The notes beneath the pieces were generated by a model. It did no database searches. It worked only from the letters and a program-made list of their open reading frames with translations, and was not told where the DNA came from. A stretch of 64,000 nucleotides of DNA, taken from Geminicoccaceae bacterium. GTDB taxonomy: Bacteria > Pseudomonadota > Alphaproteobacteria > Geminicoccales > Geminicoccaceae. This document shows positions 1 to 11,263 of the stretch, one piece after another (the first letter of the stretch is position 1; every line of letters starts with the position of its first letter). Position numbers and translations under genes: made by a program. The stretch is from assembly GCA_965222015.1 (NCBI GenBank), contig CBDCTL010000010.1:47905-111904 (forward strand), read 5' to 3'.

Positions 1-1573
1 GACGGCCTCGGAGACATCGACCCGTCCCTATCGATTTCGATCGATGTCGACGCCGACGTCGATGCGTTGGACGGCTATCTCGACGGTGCCATCGATCTCG
101 AGATCGCCGACGGTGCTGTCGATCTGTCGGTAGTCACCCTCGCCGGCGCCGGCACGGATCTGGTCGGGGGTGCCATTGAAACCGGCGTGGAGATCGTCGA
201 TCAACTCCTCTCCGAGGATAGCGTCGTCGATGAAGTCGTGGGTGCCGTCGATGAAGTCGTGGATGTCGCGGAAGATCTCCTCGATGACCTCTCGGAACTC
301 GAAAATGCCATAGATGATCTCGATACCTCTTCGCTTCTGGATCTAAACGCCCTCGTCAGCGCGGGTTCACAAGTCGACGATGGGCTGAACGATCGCGATT
401 TGACGATCGACGTCAATCAGAGCCTCGTCGACCTTCCCGTTGCAGAGGGTCCGGTCCAGGCGGACCTCGATGCTATCGAAAGCATCATTGGGGACGTGGA
501 CATCGAGGCTTCGCTAGATCTTCCAGATCTCGGCATTTCGATCGGGGACGGTCAGACGAACGGCGCCGATCATCTGCTCGACGCGGTCGAGTCGGTCGTC
601 GAAAGCGCTCCGGCTGTAGGCGGCATGTTGGGGGAAGAGGGCGAGCAGGACAGCGCTTCCTTATCCAGTGATCTGCCGGCAGCGCTCGATGGAGAGAATG
701 GAGTGGTCGGCGACATCGTGGACGGTGTTTCTTCGGACCTGACGGGCGTCGAGGATGCGCTGTCGGCGCCGACCTCGTCGCTTTCGGACGCTTCGGACGG
801 TGTTTCGGAGGCGGTTTCGCTTTCGCCCGAGGGTGATGGCGAGGACACGGACGTTCTGGTGTCGACGGACCTGCTCGGGGATGAGACGTCGCTTGGCGAC
901 GGCGGGGTGGAGGTTGTTCTGGACCCTGTCGAGAGCGTCGTCGGCGACGTCGACCTTGCGGTGGATGTTTCGGGCGACGGGGTTTTGGAGGACGGTGTCG
1001 CGGTGGACGGTGTTTCTTCGGACCTGACGGGCGTCGAGGATGCGCTGTCGGCGCCGACCTCGTCGCTTTCGGACGCTTCGGACGGTGTTTCGGAGGCGGT
1101 TTCGCTTTCGCCCGAGGGTGATGGCGAGGACACGGACGTTCTGGTGTCGACGGACCTGCTCGGGGATGAGACGTCGCTTGGCGACGGCGGTTCTGGACCC
1201 TGTCGAGACGTCGTCGGCGACGTCGACCTTGCTTTCGGACGCTTCGGACGGTGTTTCGGAGGCGGTTTCGCTTTCGCCCGAGGGTGAATCGGAGACGCTG
1301 GTCAGTGACATCGTTTTGGACTTGGACGCGATGGGAAGCATGATCGAGGATGTCGAAAGCGACATGACTGCTGCGCTCGACGCGGAAAGCGACAATATGC
1401 TGGGCGATCTCGATCTCACCGAGGGTAGCACCGATTTGGTTGATCTCGCGACGAGCGCTTCGGATTCTGACGCTGACGTGCTTCCGGAGCCATCGGGCCT
1501 GGTGTCCGAAGGCATCGGCATGCTCACCGACATCCAGATCGATCAGCCGCTTGGCGGCGGCCTTTTCGGTTAG
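1..1573 (+). CDS. 5'-partial hyper-acidic repeat protein, candidate type I secretion cargo; reading frame breaks near 1190
   Basis: Open from base 1 in frame 1 (DGLGDIDPSLSISIDVDADV...) to ~1190. It then continues in frame 2 (VLDPVET...LSDASDGVSEAVSLSPEGESE...QPLGGGLFG*) to TAG 1571-1573, which abuts the ABC gene start at 1574. Composition is almost only D/E/V/S/L/G/A/T, with one Arg, one His and no Lys seen. Contains 95-aa repeats. Confidence 0.55.
718..1283. repeat. 285-bp coding tandem repeat (two units plus a partial third)
   Basis: 718-905 is identical to 1003-1190 (offset 285 bp). The ctttcggacgcttcggacggtgtttcggaggcggtttcgctttcgcccgagggtga segment recurs at ~1227-1283. Confidence 0.9.
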
Positions 1574-3277
1574 TTGGACGTGTCCGCCGCCATCAGCCTC
1601 TCCAGGCGTGAGCTTTCGACCGGACGATTGTTCGATCTCGTTATCTCGACACTCGCGATCTACATTCTGTCACTGGCTCTGCCGATCATGACCCTTCAGG
1701 TCTATGATCGGATTCTGCCGAGCGAAGATACAGGCACCCTGGCCGTTCTCATAGTCGGAGTCGTCATCGCCCTCACCCTCGAAGTGATGCTGAGGCTGAT
1801 GCGTGCCTACATGATCGGATGGAGTGGCGCGGCCTTTGAACATCGTGTTGCGTGCGATGCTATAGAGCATCTTATGTCGGCCAATCTTTCGCGACTGCCC
1901 GACCATGGCGTCGCCGGAAGCGTTCACCGGATGGCCGCCATAGGGCAGCTCAAGGATTTCTTCTCGGGGCAGTCGATAACGACGCTCTTCGAGGTGGCCT
2001 TCGTCTTCGTCTTTCTCGTACTGATCGCATACATTGCCGGTTATCTAGCATTGGTTCCTGTCGCCGTGATTTTGATTTTCGGCGGGCTGGTCGCTTTCGC
2101 TGGGGTGAAACTCAATCGGCGCCTGGCGGAGCGTGGCGACACCGACGACAAGCGCTACGATTTTCTCATCGAAGCACTTCAGGGGGTCCATACGATTAAG
2201 GCCATGGCGCTGGAGGGGATGTTTCTCAGACGCTATGAGACGCTCGAAGCTGCATCTTGCACTGCCAACTACAAGGTATCGCGAGTCGCATCTCACCTTG
2301 CAAATCTGGGAACCGTCGCTTCCCATGTGATGATTGCGAGTGTGATCAGTGCTGGCGCATTGATGGTGATCGATCACTACTTGTCGGTCGGCGCGTTGAT
2401 CGCGAGTCTGTTGTTATCGGGCAGACTAATGCAGCCGGTTCAAAAAGCACTCTTCCTCTGGATCCAGTACCAGAGTTTTCGTCTGACCTACGCGCAGGCT
2501 GCCAGTCTTTTCGACTTGCCGACGACAGCCAAGGCCCGAGAGGATGTTGAGATCGCAGCGAAGCGAGGTGAACTGATCCTTGAGAATGTCGGCTTCGGGT
2601 TCTCCGACGACTACCTCCTCTTCCAACATGTTGATCTTGAGTTGTGCCCAGGCGAGATCATTTCGCTTTCCGGCGAACAGGGTGCTGGCAAGTCGACGCT
2701 GCTGAAGATGATCGCCGGCGTTTATCCGCCGGGTGAAGGCAAAGTCCTGATCGATGGCAGTCCCACGGTTGCCTTCGATCCAAGAGAGTTGATGAATCGT
2801 GTTGGCTTGATCTCGACCGAGGGACTAATTTTCCGTGGTACCGTGCGAGAAAACATCACCCGCTTTGGCATCGTGCCGGATGCACAAGCCCTCGAAGTGG
2901 CTAAGCTCCTCGGTATTGACAAGGACTTGGCACGCCTTCCTGACGGTTTCAATACTCGACTCGAGGGGACGATCGCCGATGGTATCCCTCCGGGCTTGAA
3001 GCAGCGTATCGCCATCACGCGTTCACTAGCTCTCAAACCTCGCGTCGTGCTTTTCGACAATGCGGACCGTGGAATCGACCAGGAAGGCTACAACCTTCTC
3101 TTCTCGTTGCTGGGTCGAATAGGCGGCAAGGTCGCGATGGTGCTGGTATCCGATGATCTCAATCTACGAGGCCTCGCTTCCCGGCATCTGATCTTGACCG
3201 CTGGTGGTCTCACCCAGGATGATCGTCACACATCTGGCCAGAGCAACATTCATTTCTATCGTGAACTCAGAGCATGA
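1574..3277 (+). CDS. T1SS ABC transporter permease/ATP-binding protein (PrtD-like, no N-terminal domain) with degenerate catalytic motifs
   Basis: 567-aa ORF. Membrane domain has the [14 protein letters not shown] motif. Walker A is GEQGAGKST. The signature is IPPGL (2984-2998), Walker B is VVLFDN (Glu->Asn, 3056-3061), the Q-loop Q is T and the H-loop H is D. The start abuts the upstream stop. Confidence 0.85.
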   Translation: MDVSAAISLSRRELSTGRLFDLVISTLAIYILSLALPIMTLQVYDRILPSEDTGTLAVLIVGVVIALTLEVMLRLMRAYMIGWSGAAFEHRVACDAIEHLMSANLSRLPDHGVAGSVHRMAAIGQLKDFFSGQSITTLFEVAFVFVFLVLIAYIAGYLALVPVAVILIFGGLVAFAGVKLNRRLAERGDTDDKRYDFLIEALQGVHTIKAMALEGMFLRRYETLEAASCTANYKVSRVASHLANLGTVASHVMIASVISAGALMVIDHYLSVGALIASLLLSGRLMQPVQKALFLWIQYQSFRLTYAQAASLFDLPTTAKAREDVEIAAKRGELILENVGFGFSDDYLLFQHVDLELCPGEIISLSGEQGAGKSTLLKMIAGVYPPGEGKVLIDGSPTVAFDPRELMNRVGLISTEGLIFRGTVRENITRFGIVPDAQALEVAKLLGIDKDLARLPDGFNTRLEGTIADGIPPGLKQRIAITRSLALKPRVVLFDNADRGIDQEGYNLLFSLLGRIGGKVAMVLVSDDLNLRGLASRHLILTAGGLTQDDRHTSGQSNIHFYRELRA

Positions 3278-5511
3278 ACGCCAGTGTCATAGCGTCCTGC
3301 TTGGCTGTCGATCGACCTGAAAGCATCGAACGCGGTGAATCTCTGCTTGACGAGCTTCGCAGTTCGGTCTGGATGCAAGAATCCGATATCGGAGCGTTGA
3401 ACAAGTGCTTTTGCATATTGACAACCGCTCTCGACCGACGAGCCGACCTCCAGAAAATCGTTCCTTGTCTTCCGAGAGAAGCGCGACCTTTCGACCTCCT
3501 CGCCCTCCTCAACGCTGTCGCCCACGTGGGGTACCGGCCACAGACGGCGCAGCTTTGTATCGCGGACGTTGAAGAGCGGCTTCTGCCCTGTCTGTTCATT
3601 CCGAAGGGCGGTGCGCTGGAACGCCAGGACGAGGCCCAGGTTCTTCTCGAGGTCATCGAGGACAGCGACGGGGATCGACTCTTCTGCATCTACGATGGCA
3701 CCTCGGGTGAGATAAGGCATCTCGAAAGACACGATGCTCAAGCGCAGAAGAATGGGTGCGCATACTTTTTCAAGCCATATCGTAGCCAGAGCGATCCAGC
3801 ATCGCGGATTGCCCGTCAAGCAAGCGGGCGAAGCTGGTTCGCCGCGGTTCTCGGACGTTTCCGAAGCCTGTTCGCTCAAATTCTGGCTATCGGCTTGTTG
3901 CTCAATCTTGTCGCTTTGTCGACACCGATATTCATCATGCTTGTTTACGACAGGGTTATCGCCAGCCAATCGACAGAAACGCTTTCCTTCCTGGTCATAG
4001 GTGTGTCGATCGCGATCGGCACGGAGGCGATACTGCGCGCGCTCCGATCGAGGAGCCTCGCTTGGCTGGCATCGAGAATTGATAATATTGTCAACAATAC
4101 GACTTTCGAGCAACTCTTCGGCATGCCGCCCGCCGCGATCGAGCGCGCGTCGGTATCTGCACAGATCGCGCGCATCAAGACCTTCGAGTCGCTGCGGGAC
4201 TTTTTCAGCGGGTCGGTTTTTCTGTCCTTCCTCGAAATACCGTTCGTCGTCGTTGCACTGTTGGTGCTGGGCAGTATTGCAGGGGTCATGGTCGCCGTGC
4301 CGCTGTTGGCGATCGGTTTCTACATTATGGCATTTTATTTAGTTCTTGGCCGCGTTCGCCATGAGATGCGTGAAGCAGCGAAGGCTAGTTCAGCCCGCCA
4401 CAGATTTCTGATCGAAACTTTCGAGAAGATAGAAGGAATTCGAGCGAATGGCCTGACGGACCGATGGGCGGCGATGTATCGCGAGCTCTCTGGACGTGAG
4501 TGCGTCAACAATTTCAAGCTGTCCTTCCTTGGCTTGATCGGTGAGCATGCCGGCCACGCCATCAGCCTGTTGGCAGCGACGACGACTCTCGGTCTCGGCG
4601 TCGTGCTCGCACGCGAAGCGGCCATCAGCACGGGGGCGCTCGTCGCCTCGATGATCCTCGTATGGCGCATCCTCTCCCCATTTCAAAGCCTTTGCGCGAT
4701 CGTTCCCCGACTTGAGCAACTCAGGAACAGCATCGTTCAAGTCAACAATCTAATGGATCTCGAAACCGAAGCAGTCATGAGCGCCGGCGGATCGTTTCGA
4801 CACATCAAGGGACGCATTTCATTTCAAAACGTGGCCTTTCGATACACAGCTGCGCAGGATGCGTTCATCAGAGACTTCACGCTGGAGGCGAAGCCGGGCG
4901 AGCTCGTCGTGATTACCGGCAGCAACGGAACTGGAAAGAGCACCATCCTGAAGCTGGCGCGCGGTCTCTATCAGCCGCAGACGGGGGCGGTGCGACTCGA
5001 TGGATTCGATCTGCGCCAATTGGACCCGATCCAGCTGCGCCGACAGTTGGCTTATGTCCCGCAGCGTCCTGACCTGTTTGCCGGCTCGATCGCCGAAAAT
5101 CTACGGCTTGCGGCACCTGCAGCCAGGGAATGCACTATTTGGGAAGCCCTCGAACTGGTCGACGCGGCGGCGGAGGTTGCGGAGCTGCCAGAGCAGCTTT
5201 CGACCCGAATTGGTAAGAGCGGAACCATACTGTCGTCCAGTCTCGCATTTCGATTGAGTCTGGCGCGTGCATTTCTCCAGGACACGCAGCTGGTTGCGAT
5301 CGACGAGCTTCCAAATTCTCTCCTCAACGGCAGGGCGGGACAGGCATTGAAAAGCATGGTCATCAAGCAACGAGGTCAAAGGACTATCCTCCTCGCAGCT
5401 CATCGTGCCGATCTTCTGCGCCTTGCCGACAGGGCCGTACTTCTCCGTCACGGTCAACAGCCGGGCGTCGGCTCGCCGGACATGATCTTCGGCATGATGG
5501 ATGCCGCATAG
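3274..5511 (+). CDS. T1SS ABC transporter permease/ATPase with ~190-aa N-terminal extension (possibly C39-like)
   Basis: 745-aa ORF with an ATGA overlap onto the previous ABC gene. Membrane domain has [11 protein letters not shown]. Walker A is [10 protein letters not shown]-loop VPQRP, Walker B LVAIDE (5290-5307), H-loop AAHR. The signature is LSSSL (5230-5244). Confidence 0.85.
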   Translation: MNASVIASCLAVDRPESIERGESLLDELRSSVWMQESDIGALNKCFCILTTALDRRADLQKIVPCLPREARPFDLLALLNAVAHVGYRPQTAQLCIADVEERLLPCLFIPKGGALERQDEAQVLLEVIEDSDGDRLFCIYDGTSGEIRHLERHDAQAQKNGCAYFFKPYRSQSDPASRIARQASGRSWFAAVLGRFRSLFAQILAIGLLLNLVALSTPIFIMLVYDRVIASQSTETLSFLVIGVSIAIGTEAILRALRSRSLAWLASRIDNIVNNTTFEQLFGMPPAAIERASVSAQIARIKTFESLRDFFSGSVFLSFLEIPFVVVALLVLGSIAGVMVAVPLLAIGFYIMAFYLVLGRVRHEMREAAKASSARHRFLIETFEKIEGIRANGLTDRWAAMYRELSGRECVNNFKLSFLGLIGEHAGHAISLLAATTTLGLGVVLAREAAISTGALVASMILVWRILSPFQSLCAIVPRLEQLRNSIVQVNNLMDLETEAVMSAGGSFRHIKGRISFQNVAFRYTAAQDAFIRDFTLEAKPGELVVITGSNGTGKSTILKLARGLYQPQTGAVRLDGFDLRQLDPIQLRRQLAYVPQRPDLFAGSIAENLRLAAPAARECTIWEALELVDAAAEVAELPEQLSTRIGKSGTILSSSLAFRLSLARAFLQDTQLVAIDELPNSLLNGRAGQALKSMVIKQRGQRTILLAAHRADLLRLADRAVLLRHGQQPGVGSPDMIFGMMDAA

Positions 5512-5555
5512 GTCGTGATGGTTAGGATCGTCTCGTTCAAGGAAGGCCTGTTTCG

Positions 5556-6893
5556 ATGAACATCTTCCCGGCTCGCGGCTATGGTCGCGATGTGCAGCTT
5601 CGATATCTGGCCCAGTCGACGAGGCTGGAGGAGGTCTCCAATCTTCGGCTCGTCAGGCTGACGCTGCTCACCGTCAGTATCGCGATCCTCGTTTTCATTG
5701 CCTGGTCAGCGCAGGCCAAAATCAGTGAAATGTCCCGGGCGCCCGGCGAAGTCGTGCCGGAAGGATCGCAGCGCACCGTTCAACACCTCGAAGGCGGACG
5801 GGTGGCAGAGATTCTGATTCGGAATGGTCAGATCGTGGAACAGGGTGCTCCACTTGTCGTGCTTGATGCCTCGGGGATTCAGGAAGATCTTAAACGTGCG
5901 CGAAGCAAGCAATTGTCGCTGCGCGTCAAGGCCGAGCGACTTCGAGCGTTCATCGCGGATCGCGAACCGGACTTCTCAGCATTCGAAGATGCGTCGGACC
6001 GCTATCTTCAGCAGCAATATCAGAGCTTCCGAAGCATGCTCGAAGCCCGCCGGAACGAAAAGAAGATCGTCAGTGCCCAGATCACGCAGAAGAACGAAAC
6101 GGTTGCTCTCCTTCAGGCACGCAAGCAGACGGTCGCGCAGGAGCTGGAACTGGTTTCCGACCTCCACAAACGCCACAAGAAACTGTTTCAGCAAGGTTAT
6201 CTTGCCCGTTCCAAGCTGATCGAGACCGAGCGGCAGCTGAACAGTCTTCTGGGCGAGCTCACCGAACTCGAGAACCAGATCCGTCAGGCGAAGGTAACGC
6301 TCTACGAGTTCGAGAATCGCCTCTCCTCGCTGGATGCCAATCATCGCGACGACGCTTATCGTCAGCTCGACGATATCGACGCGGAACTGCGGCAGAATCG
6401 TGAGGTCGTCGCCAAGCTCCGGCATCGGTCGAACAGATTGACCGTCGAAGCACCCGTTCGAGGGGTGGTGAAAGGCCTCACGGTCAACACGGTCGGTGCT
6501 GTTCTGGCGCCGGGACAGATCATCACCGAATTGGTCCCTTTGGACGAGAAGCTGATGGTCGACGTGCGAATCGCCCCGCAGGACGTCGGCCATCTGAGTT
6601 TGGGGCAGCCAGTTCAGGTGAGGGTCAGTTCCTATGATTTCGGCCGCTACGGCTCCGTCTCCGGGCGGCTGGAGTCGATCTCGGCGACGACGTTCGTCGG
6701 TGATCGAGGGGAGCGTTTCTACCAGGGGCGCGTCAGGCTCGAGCAAAACCATGTCGGCACCGATCCGCAAACCAACACGATCCTGCCGGGCATGACCGTC
6801 ATGGCTGATATCATCACGGGCGAGAAGACGATTCTCGACTATCTTCTGAAACCAATTCGTCAGTCGATTAAGACGGCGTTTACCGAAAGATGA
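5556..6893 (+). CDS. HlyD-family type I secretion membrane fusion (periplasmic adaptor) protein
   Basis: 445 aa with an N-terminal TM (LTLLTVSIAILVFIAW), a long heptad-rich central region and a C-terminal beta domain ending ...GEKTILDYLLKPI. This is the typical HlyD/T1SS adaptor layout, and the gene sits directly after the ABC genes. Confidence 0.9.
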   Translation: MNIFPARGYGRDVQLRYLAQSTRLEEVSNLRLVRLTLLTVSIAILVFIAWSAQAKISEMSRAPGEVVPEGSQRTVQHLEGGRVAEILIRNGQIVEQGAPLVVLDASGIQEDLKRARSKQLSLRVKAERLRAFIADREPDFSAFEDASDRYLQQQYQSFRSMLEARRNEKKIVSAQITQKNETVALLQARKQTVAQELELVSDLHKRHKKLFQQGYLARSKLIETERQLNSLLGELTELENQIRQAKVTLYEFENRLSSLDANHRDDAYRQLDDIDAELRQNREVVAKLRHRSNRLTVEAPVRGVVKGLTVNTVGAVLAPGQIITELVPLDEKLMVDVRIAPQDVGHLSLGQPVQVRVSSYDFGRYGSVSGRLESISATTFVGDRGERFYQGRVRLEQNHVGTDPQTNTILPGMTVMADIITGEKTILDYLLKPIRQSIKTAFTER

Positions 6894-6931
6894 GATGTTT
6901 CTGAATCTGACCTCGCAGGAACGAGCATCTT

Positions 6932-7894
6932 ATGTTGGCAGAACCTGAGCTCTCGCAGACTGACGCCGAAACTGACGCAAGGCATCATCCAGGCCAGCCC
7001 ATAAAGGTGCTCGCAGTCGATGACGATCGTGTTGGTCTGATGTATCTCGAACGTCAGATCCGAGATCTCGGTTACGACACGTCGACCGCCAGTCATGGCC
7101 AGGCGGCCTGGGACATGCTCGAAGCGGAGCCGGAGCGCTTCGATGTCATGGTGCTCGATCGGGAAATGCCCGTGATGGATGGCATGGCGGTGGCAAGGCG
7201 CCTGCAAAGCGACAGCAGGTTGCGCCGCATACCGGTGATCATGCTGACTGGTGCCGATCGCCCGGAGCAGATGCGGGAGGGTATCGATGCCGGTGTTTTC
7301 TACTATCTGACGAAGCCATTGGACGCGGTGCTTCTGCGGTCGGTTCTCAATGCGGCGACACGCCAGGTCCAAAAGCAACGTACGCTGCGTAGCGAGCTGC
7401 AGCAGCACCGGCAGAGCTTCGAACTCATTCAGACCTGCAAATTCAGCTGCCGAACGCTGGACGACGCCGAGGGCCTCGCCGTGTTCATGGCAAACTGCTT
7501 CCCTGATCCCGAGCGAACGCTTCCAGGGCTGGCGGCGCTGTTGACCAACGCCGTCGAACACGGCTCGGCCGAGATCGGCTACGACGGCAAGACGGAGCTG
7601 CTTAACCAAGGGCGGTGGCGTGAAGAGGTTCAGCATCGACTCGAGAACCACCCTGAGAAGGTCGTGGAAGCCGTTCTCGCTCGAAAGGCAGATGGTATCT
7701 ATGTCGTGATCACCGATCAGGGTCGGGGATTCCGCTGGAAGGACTATCTGGTGATCGATCCGGCCCGTGCCGGCGACAATCATGGCCGCGGCATTGCTCA
7801 GGCCAACATGCTCTGTTTCGACAAGCTGACCTATAACGAAAAAGGGAACCAGGCGATCGCGCTTGTCCGCAGCGAACCGGACATCGATTGGTGA
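6932..7894 (+). CDS. Response-regulator receiver fused to an RsbW/SpoIIAB-like HATPase domain
   Basis: REC motifs are [20 protein letters not shown] and YLTKP. The C-terminal half has an N-box LLTNAVEHG, a G1-like box ITDQGRGF and a G2-like box HGRGIAQA. No DNA-binding domain is present. Confidence 0.8.
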   Translation: MLAEPELSQTDAETDARHHPGQPIKVLAVDDDRVGLMYLERQIRDLGYDTSTASHGQAAWDMLEAEPERFDVMVLDREMPVMDGMAVARRLQSDSRLRRIPVIMLTGADRPEQMREGIDAGVFYYLTKPLDAVLLRSVLNAATRQVQKQRTLRSELQQHRQSFELIQTCKFSCRTLDDAEGLAVFMANCFPDPERTLPGLAALLTNAVEHGSAEIGYDGKTELLNQGRWREEVQHRLENHPEKVVEAVLARKADGIYVVITDQGRGFRWKDYLVIDPARAGDNHGRGIAQANMLCFDKLTYNEKGNQAIALVRSEPDIDW

Positions 7895-7901
7895 CGATCG
7901 C

Positions 7902-10900
7902 ATGAACGGCATCTTTTCCGCCGCCCGAACGGCGGATCTTCTCGTTGCCATCTGCATTGGCTCGCTGATCGCAGTTCTTGGATATGTTCACGTCGACATG
8001 TCGAAGAAAATGGAAGCCGGCTTCGAGGGCGCCGTCGACAGCCGGATGACCATCATCGAGCGTCGCGTCCAGTGGCCCATTCAAACTCTGGAAGCGTTTC
8101 GAGCTCTCTACAGTACCTCGCGGGTGATTGAGGAAAAGGAGTTCGCTGTTCTAGCGAATCGATGGTTGTCCGGTCCTGCAGCACTCGATGATGTCGACAT
8201 GGCGATGAACGCCATTGGCTGGATCCCTGTCGATAACGGAGTCGCTGCTGATGGTGAAGCTGATCCCGCATTGATTCTTGCCGCTACTGATGGCGAACCC
8301 ATGACAGCCGGCAATCGGGGAATCATCAAGCGATTCAATGGACAGGAACCAGCGGATCTACTTCTGTGGAAAGGGTTTCGGGAGGGTGTGATCGAGGCAC
8401 GTCTTGGTGTGAGTATGCCTAGGGGGACGGCGCCGGAGAGTACCTGGACCGCAACCTTTTACGTGCCCGTTTTCGACGCGATTCGCCTTAAGGGCGGTCC
8501 GCAGCTACGCGGTCACCTTTTCGCTGTCGTCAGTCTGAGGGATCTTCTGCGGAGTGATGGATCGAGCGGCAGCCTTCTAAGGATGCAAGCTTCTTATCAA
8601 ACGTCGGACGTTTGGATTACCATCGGCGACAACCGTTCGCATTCTGTCGACGACGGCAAGACAGGTCTCTACAGTCAGTTGTCTTTGCCGCTCGGTGATC
8701 AAAGCATCACATTGGTGTTTGCATCGATAAGCGATACCAGCGTGCCGGCCTGGTTTGCCTCGACGCCGGTTCCGATATTGGGTGCCTGCTTCATCTCAGT
8801 TCTTGCTCTGGGCGGCATCATGGCTCTCAATTTCAAACAGAGCCATCGTTTCGACCTCGTCTTGGATGATGCACGAAAAGCCAGGCAAAGCCAGTCCGAG
8901 TTTCTAGGGACGATCAGCCATGAAATTCGGACGCCGATGAACGGTATCATCGGTATGAGCGAACTGCTTCTTGATACGGAGCTTTCGAGAAAGCAGCGTG
9001 GCTACGCTGAGACTGTGCTGGGTTCCGCCGAGCATCTTCTGACACTGATCGATGACATGCTCGATTTCTCCCAAGTTGAAGATGCAACGGTCGAACTCAT
9101 GGCTGGGCCCATCGACGTCGCTGTCCTCTTTGACGACTTAGGCAAGCAGTTCGCTCCGTTGGCCGCTGAACGCGGGCTCGAACTCGTCATGTACCTTACG
9201 CCTGAATTTCCGCATCATGTCGTCGCCGATTCGCGGCGGCTACGCCAGATTCTAGCCAATTTAATCAGCAATGCCTTGAAGTTCACCGTCGACGGTGAAG
9301 TCGTCGTATCCGCCGAGCCGATCGCTCAGGCGACGTCGGCTGACGGTCTCGTGGCGTTGCGATTCGCCGTTTCCGACACTGGCCCCGGCATCGATGAGAG
9401 CCTGCAGAGCAGGGTTTTCGAGCGGTTCGTGCAGGGTGATGGCACGGACAGCAGGGCTTTTGGTGGTGCGGGGCTCGGGCTTTCGATCGTCAGGAAGCTG
9501 GTCGATGCCATGGGTGGCAGCTTCCGCCTAAAGAGTGCCTTGGGAAAGGGGTCGGTTTTTGAAGTCGACCTCTTCCTTCCGGCAGACGAGACGAAGAGAA
9601 CGGACGGGAACATGCCAAGCGATGCTGCTGGCAAGCGTGTCCTGATCGTCGACGATCTTCCGATCAACTGCAAGCTTCTCTCCGAGCAGCTCGGATCTGT
9701 GGGATTGGATTGCGTCACGGCAGCGAACTATTCGTCTGCGTTAGGCGCGCTACATGAAGCGGCAATCGACGGAGTTGCCTTTGCTTTGGTCCTCGCGGAT
9801 GAAGTGATGCCGAGAAAGGGCGGCGTCGCGCTCGCTTCGGCAATCGCCGATGATCCGACTCTATCGGGAACGCCGTTGATCCTGTGCGCCAACGCCGGCA
9901 GCGAGCATCTGGCAAGACTGAAGGCGCATCATGGCGTCTCGTCTGTCATCTCCAAACCGATACGGCTTGCGGGACTGATCGACGAGGTGGCCTCGATTTG
10001 CCGTTCAATACCGAAAAGCGAACCCCAGGCCCCAGGTCCCAGGCCTGTTGCGGCGATTATCGAAGGCGGCATTGGTCACGACGGTGCGAACACCGGAGCG
10101 CCTGCAGCCTTTGCCGAGGAGGAGGACAGTATTGTTCGGGCTGTGCATCCGGCGATGGGAGAACAGCAGGGACCTGAAAGCAGCGCGCCGACAAAAGCAG
10201 ACCGGCGCGGCAAATTCGAAGGATGTTCGGTGCTGCTGGTCGAAGACAATCGAGTCAATCGAACCTTCGCGACGCAGGTTCTGGAAGATCTGGGATGCAT
10301 GGTAGAACAGGCAGAGAATGGAGAGGAAGCCGTCCAGGCCGTCGGTGCAAAGGAATTCGACGCAATCCTGATGGATTGTCAGATGCCGATCATGGACGGA
10401 TTTCGGGCAACTTCGAAGATCTGCGAAATGACGAAGAACGGAGAAATCCGATCGACGCCGATCATCGCACTCACGGCGAATGCGATGCCAGGCGACAGAG
10501 AGCGGTGTTTCGGTGCCGGCATGCATGATTATATGTCGAAGCCTGTCCGGAAAGCCGACTTCGTCACGACACTCGGTAAGTGGCTGGACAAGAACCTGCA
10601 GCCCTCAAAATTGGAAAGTCCGTCGGCTTTGCAAGGGCGGTCCGACCTCGCGAAACCTGAGGCAAGGGTGCCACCGTCCACGCTGTCCGCGCCCAATTTG
10701 CCGGGCTGCAAAGACAAGGTCGCAAGAATGCCCGATGTCGCTGCTGAGCCAGCTCAGAGCCGTATATCCGATCGGAAGGTGACGGCAGTCGAACATGGCG
10801 AGAATCCGCACCCGGTGCTCGACCGCTCGGCGCTCGACAATGTTCGGTCGATGATGAAAGACGACTTTGCATCGATCCTGAACATCTTTTTGGAAGATGC

Positions 10901-11171
10901 CGCCACCTACGTCGACAACATCGCCAGGGGCATTGAAGAAGGAACCTTCGACAAAGCAGCGAGTGCGGCCCATGCACTCAAATCTTCTGCCGGTCAGCTG
11001 GGGGCCATGCGGTTGTCCAGCTTGGCGAAGCAATTCGAGGCGGATGCCAAAGCGGTCACCAAGGATCAAAGCCAGTCCCGAACCCAGGGCGACTGGTCCG
11101 GCCAGAGCGCAAGCCTGCGGCGGGTTTTCGCGGAGACCAAGCATGCACTCGAGGAGGTGGTGCAAAGTTGA
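7902..11171 (+). CDS. Hybrid sensor histidine kinase (periplasmic CHASE-like domain, HisKA, HATPase, two REC, C-terminal Hpt)
   Basis: H-box [15 protein letters not shown]-box ISNALKFT, G-boxes DTGPGI and [12 protein letters not shown]1 is at ~9640-10000. REC2 has LLVEDNRVN ... [11 protein letters not shown] ... YMSKP. Hpt motif is [16 protein letters not shown] 7902 is preferred over the ORF-track start at 7863. Confidence 0.9.
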   Translation: MNGIFSAARTADLLVAICIGSLIAVLGYVHVDMSKKMEAGFEGAVDSRMTIIERRVQWPIQTLEAFRALYSTSRVIEEKEFAVLANRWLSGPAALDDVDMAMNAIGWIPVDNGVAADGEADPALILAATDGEPMTAGNRGIIKRFNGQEPADLLLWKGFREGVIEARLGVSMPRGTAPESTWTATFYVPVFDAIRLKGGPQLRGHLFAVVSLRDLLRSDGSSGSLLRMQASYQTSDVWITIGDNRSHSVDDGKTGLYSQLSLPLGDQSITLVFASISDTSVPAWFASTPVPILGACFISVLALGGIMALNFKQSHRFDLVLDDARKARQSQSEFLGTISHEIRTPMNGIIGMSELLLDTELSRKQRGYAETVLGSAEHLLTLIDDMLDFSQVEDATVELMAGPIDVAVLFDDLGKQFAPLAAERGLELVMYLTPEFPHHVVADSRRLRQILANLISNALKFTVDGEVVVSAEPIAQATSADGLVALRFAVSDTGPGIDESLQSRVFERFVQGDGTDSRAFGGAGLGLSIVRKLVDAMGGSFRLKSALGKGSVFEVDLFLPADETKRTDGNMPSDAAGKRVLIVDDLPINCKLLSEQLGSVGLDCVTAANYSSALGALHEAAIDGVAFALVLADEVMPRKGGVALASAIADDPTLSGTPLILCANAGSEHLARLKAHHGVSSVISKPIRLAGLIDEVASICRSIPKSEPQAPGPRPVAAIIEGGIGHDGANTGAPAAFAEEEDSIVRAVHPAMGEQQGPESSAPTKADRRGKFEGCSVLLVEDNRVNRTFATQVLEDLGCMVEQAENGEEAVQAVGAKEFDAILMDCQMPIMDGFRATSKICEMTKNGEIRSTPIIALTANAMPGDRERCFGAGMHDYMSKPVRKADFVTTLGKWLDKNLQPSKLESPSALQGRSDLAKPEARVPPSTLSAPNLPGCKDKVARMPDVAAEPAQSRISDRKVTAVEHGENPHPVLDRSALDNVRSMMKDDFASILNIFLEDAATYVDNIARGIEEGTFDKAASAAHALKSSAGQLGAMRLSSLAKQFEADAKAVTKDQSQSRTQGDWSGQSASLRRVFAETKHALEEVVQS

Positions 11172-11263
11172 CCATATGCCGACAACGTTTGAATCCCCTT
11201 GCTCATGGCGGCTCTTATCTGACGCAGATCGAGTCGAACTGAACCGAAAGGAGTATGACTCTC

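Noticed and set aside
661-1533. Minus-strand ORFs (661..1533 and 570..1133) encoding S/T/P/R-rich proteins in the repeat region.
   Set aside because: They are antisense to the acidic protein. The acidic protein's frame is continuous from the window edge and ends exactly at the start of the co-directional T1SS genes. I cannot fully exclude the minus-strand ORFs without expression data.
1-1573. RTX toxin or CRISPR-like array suggested by the repeats.
   Set aside because: No GGxGxDxUx nonapeptides are present. The repeats are 285-bp coding units without spacers, so this is neither an RTX domain nor a CRISPR array.
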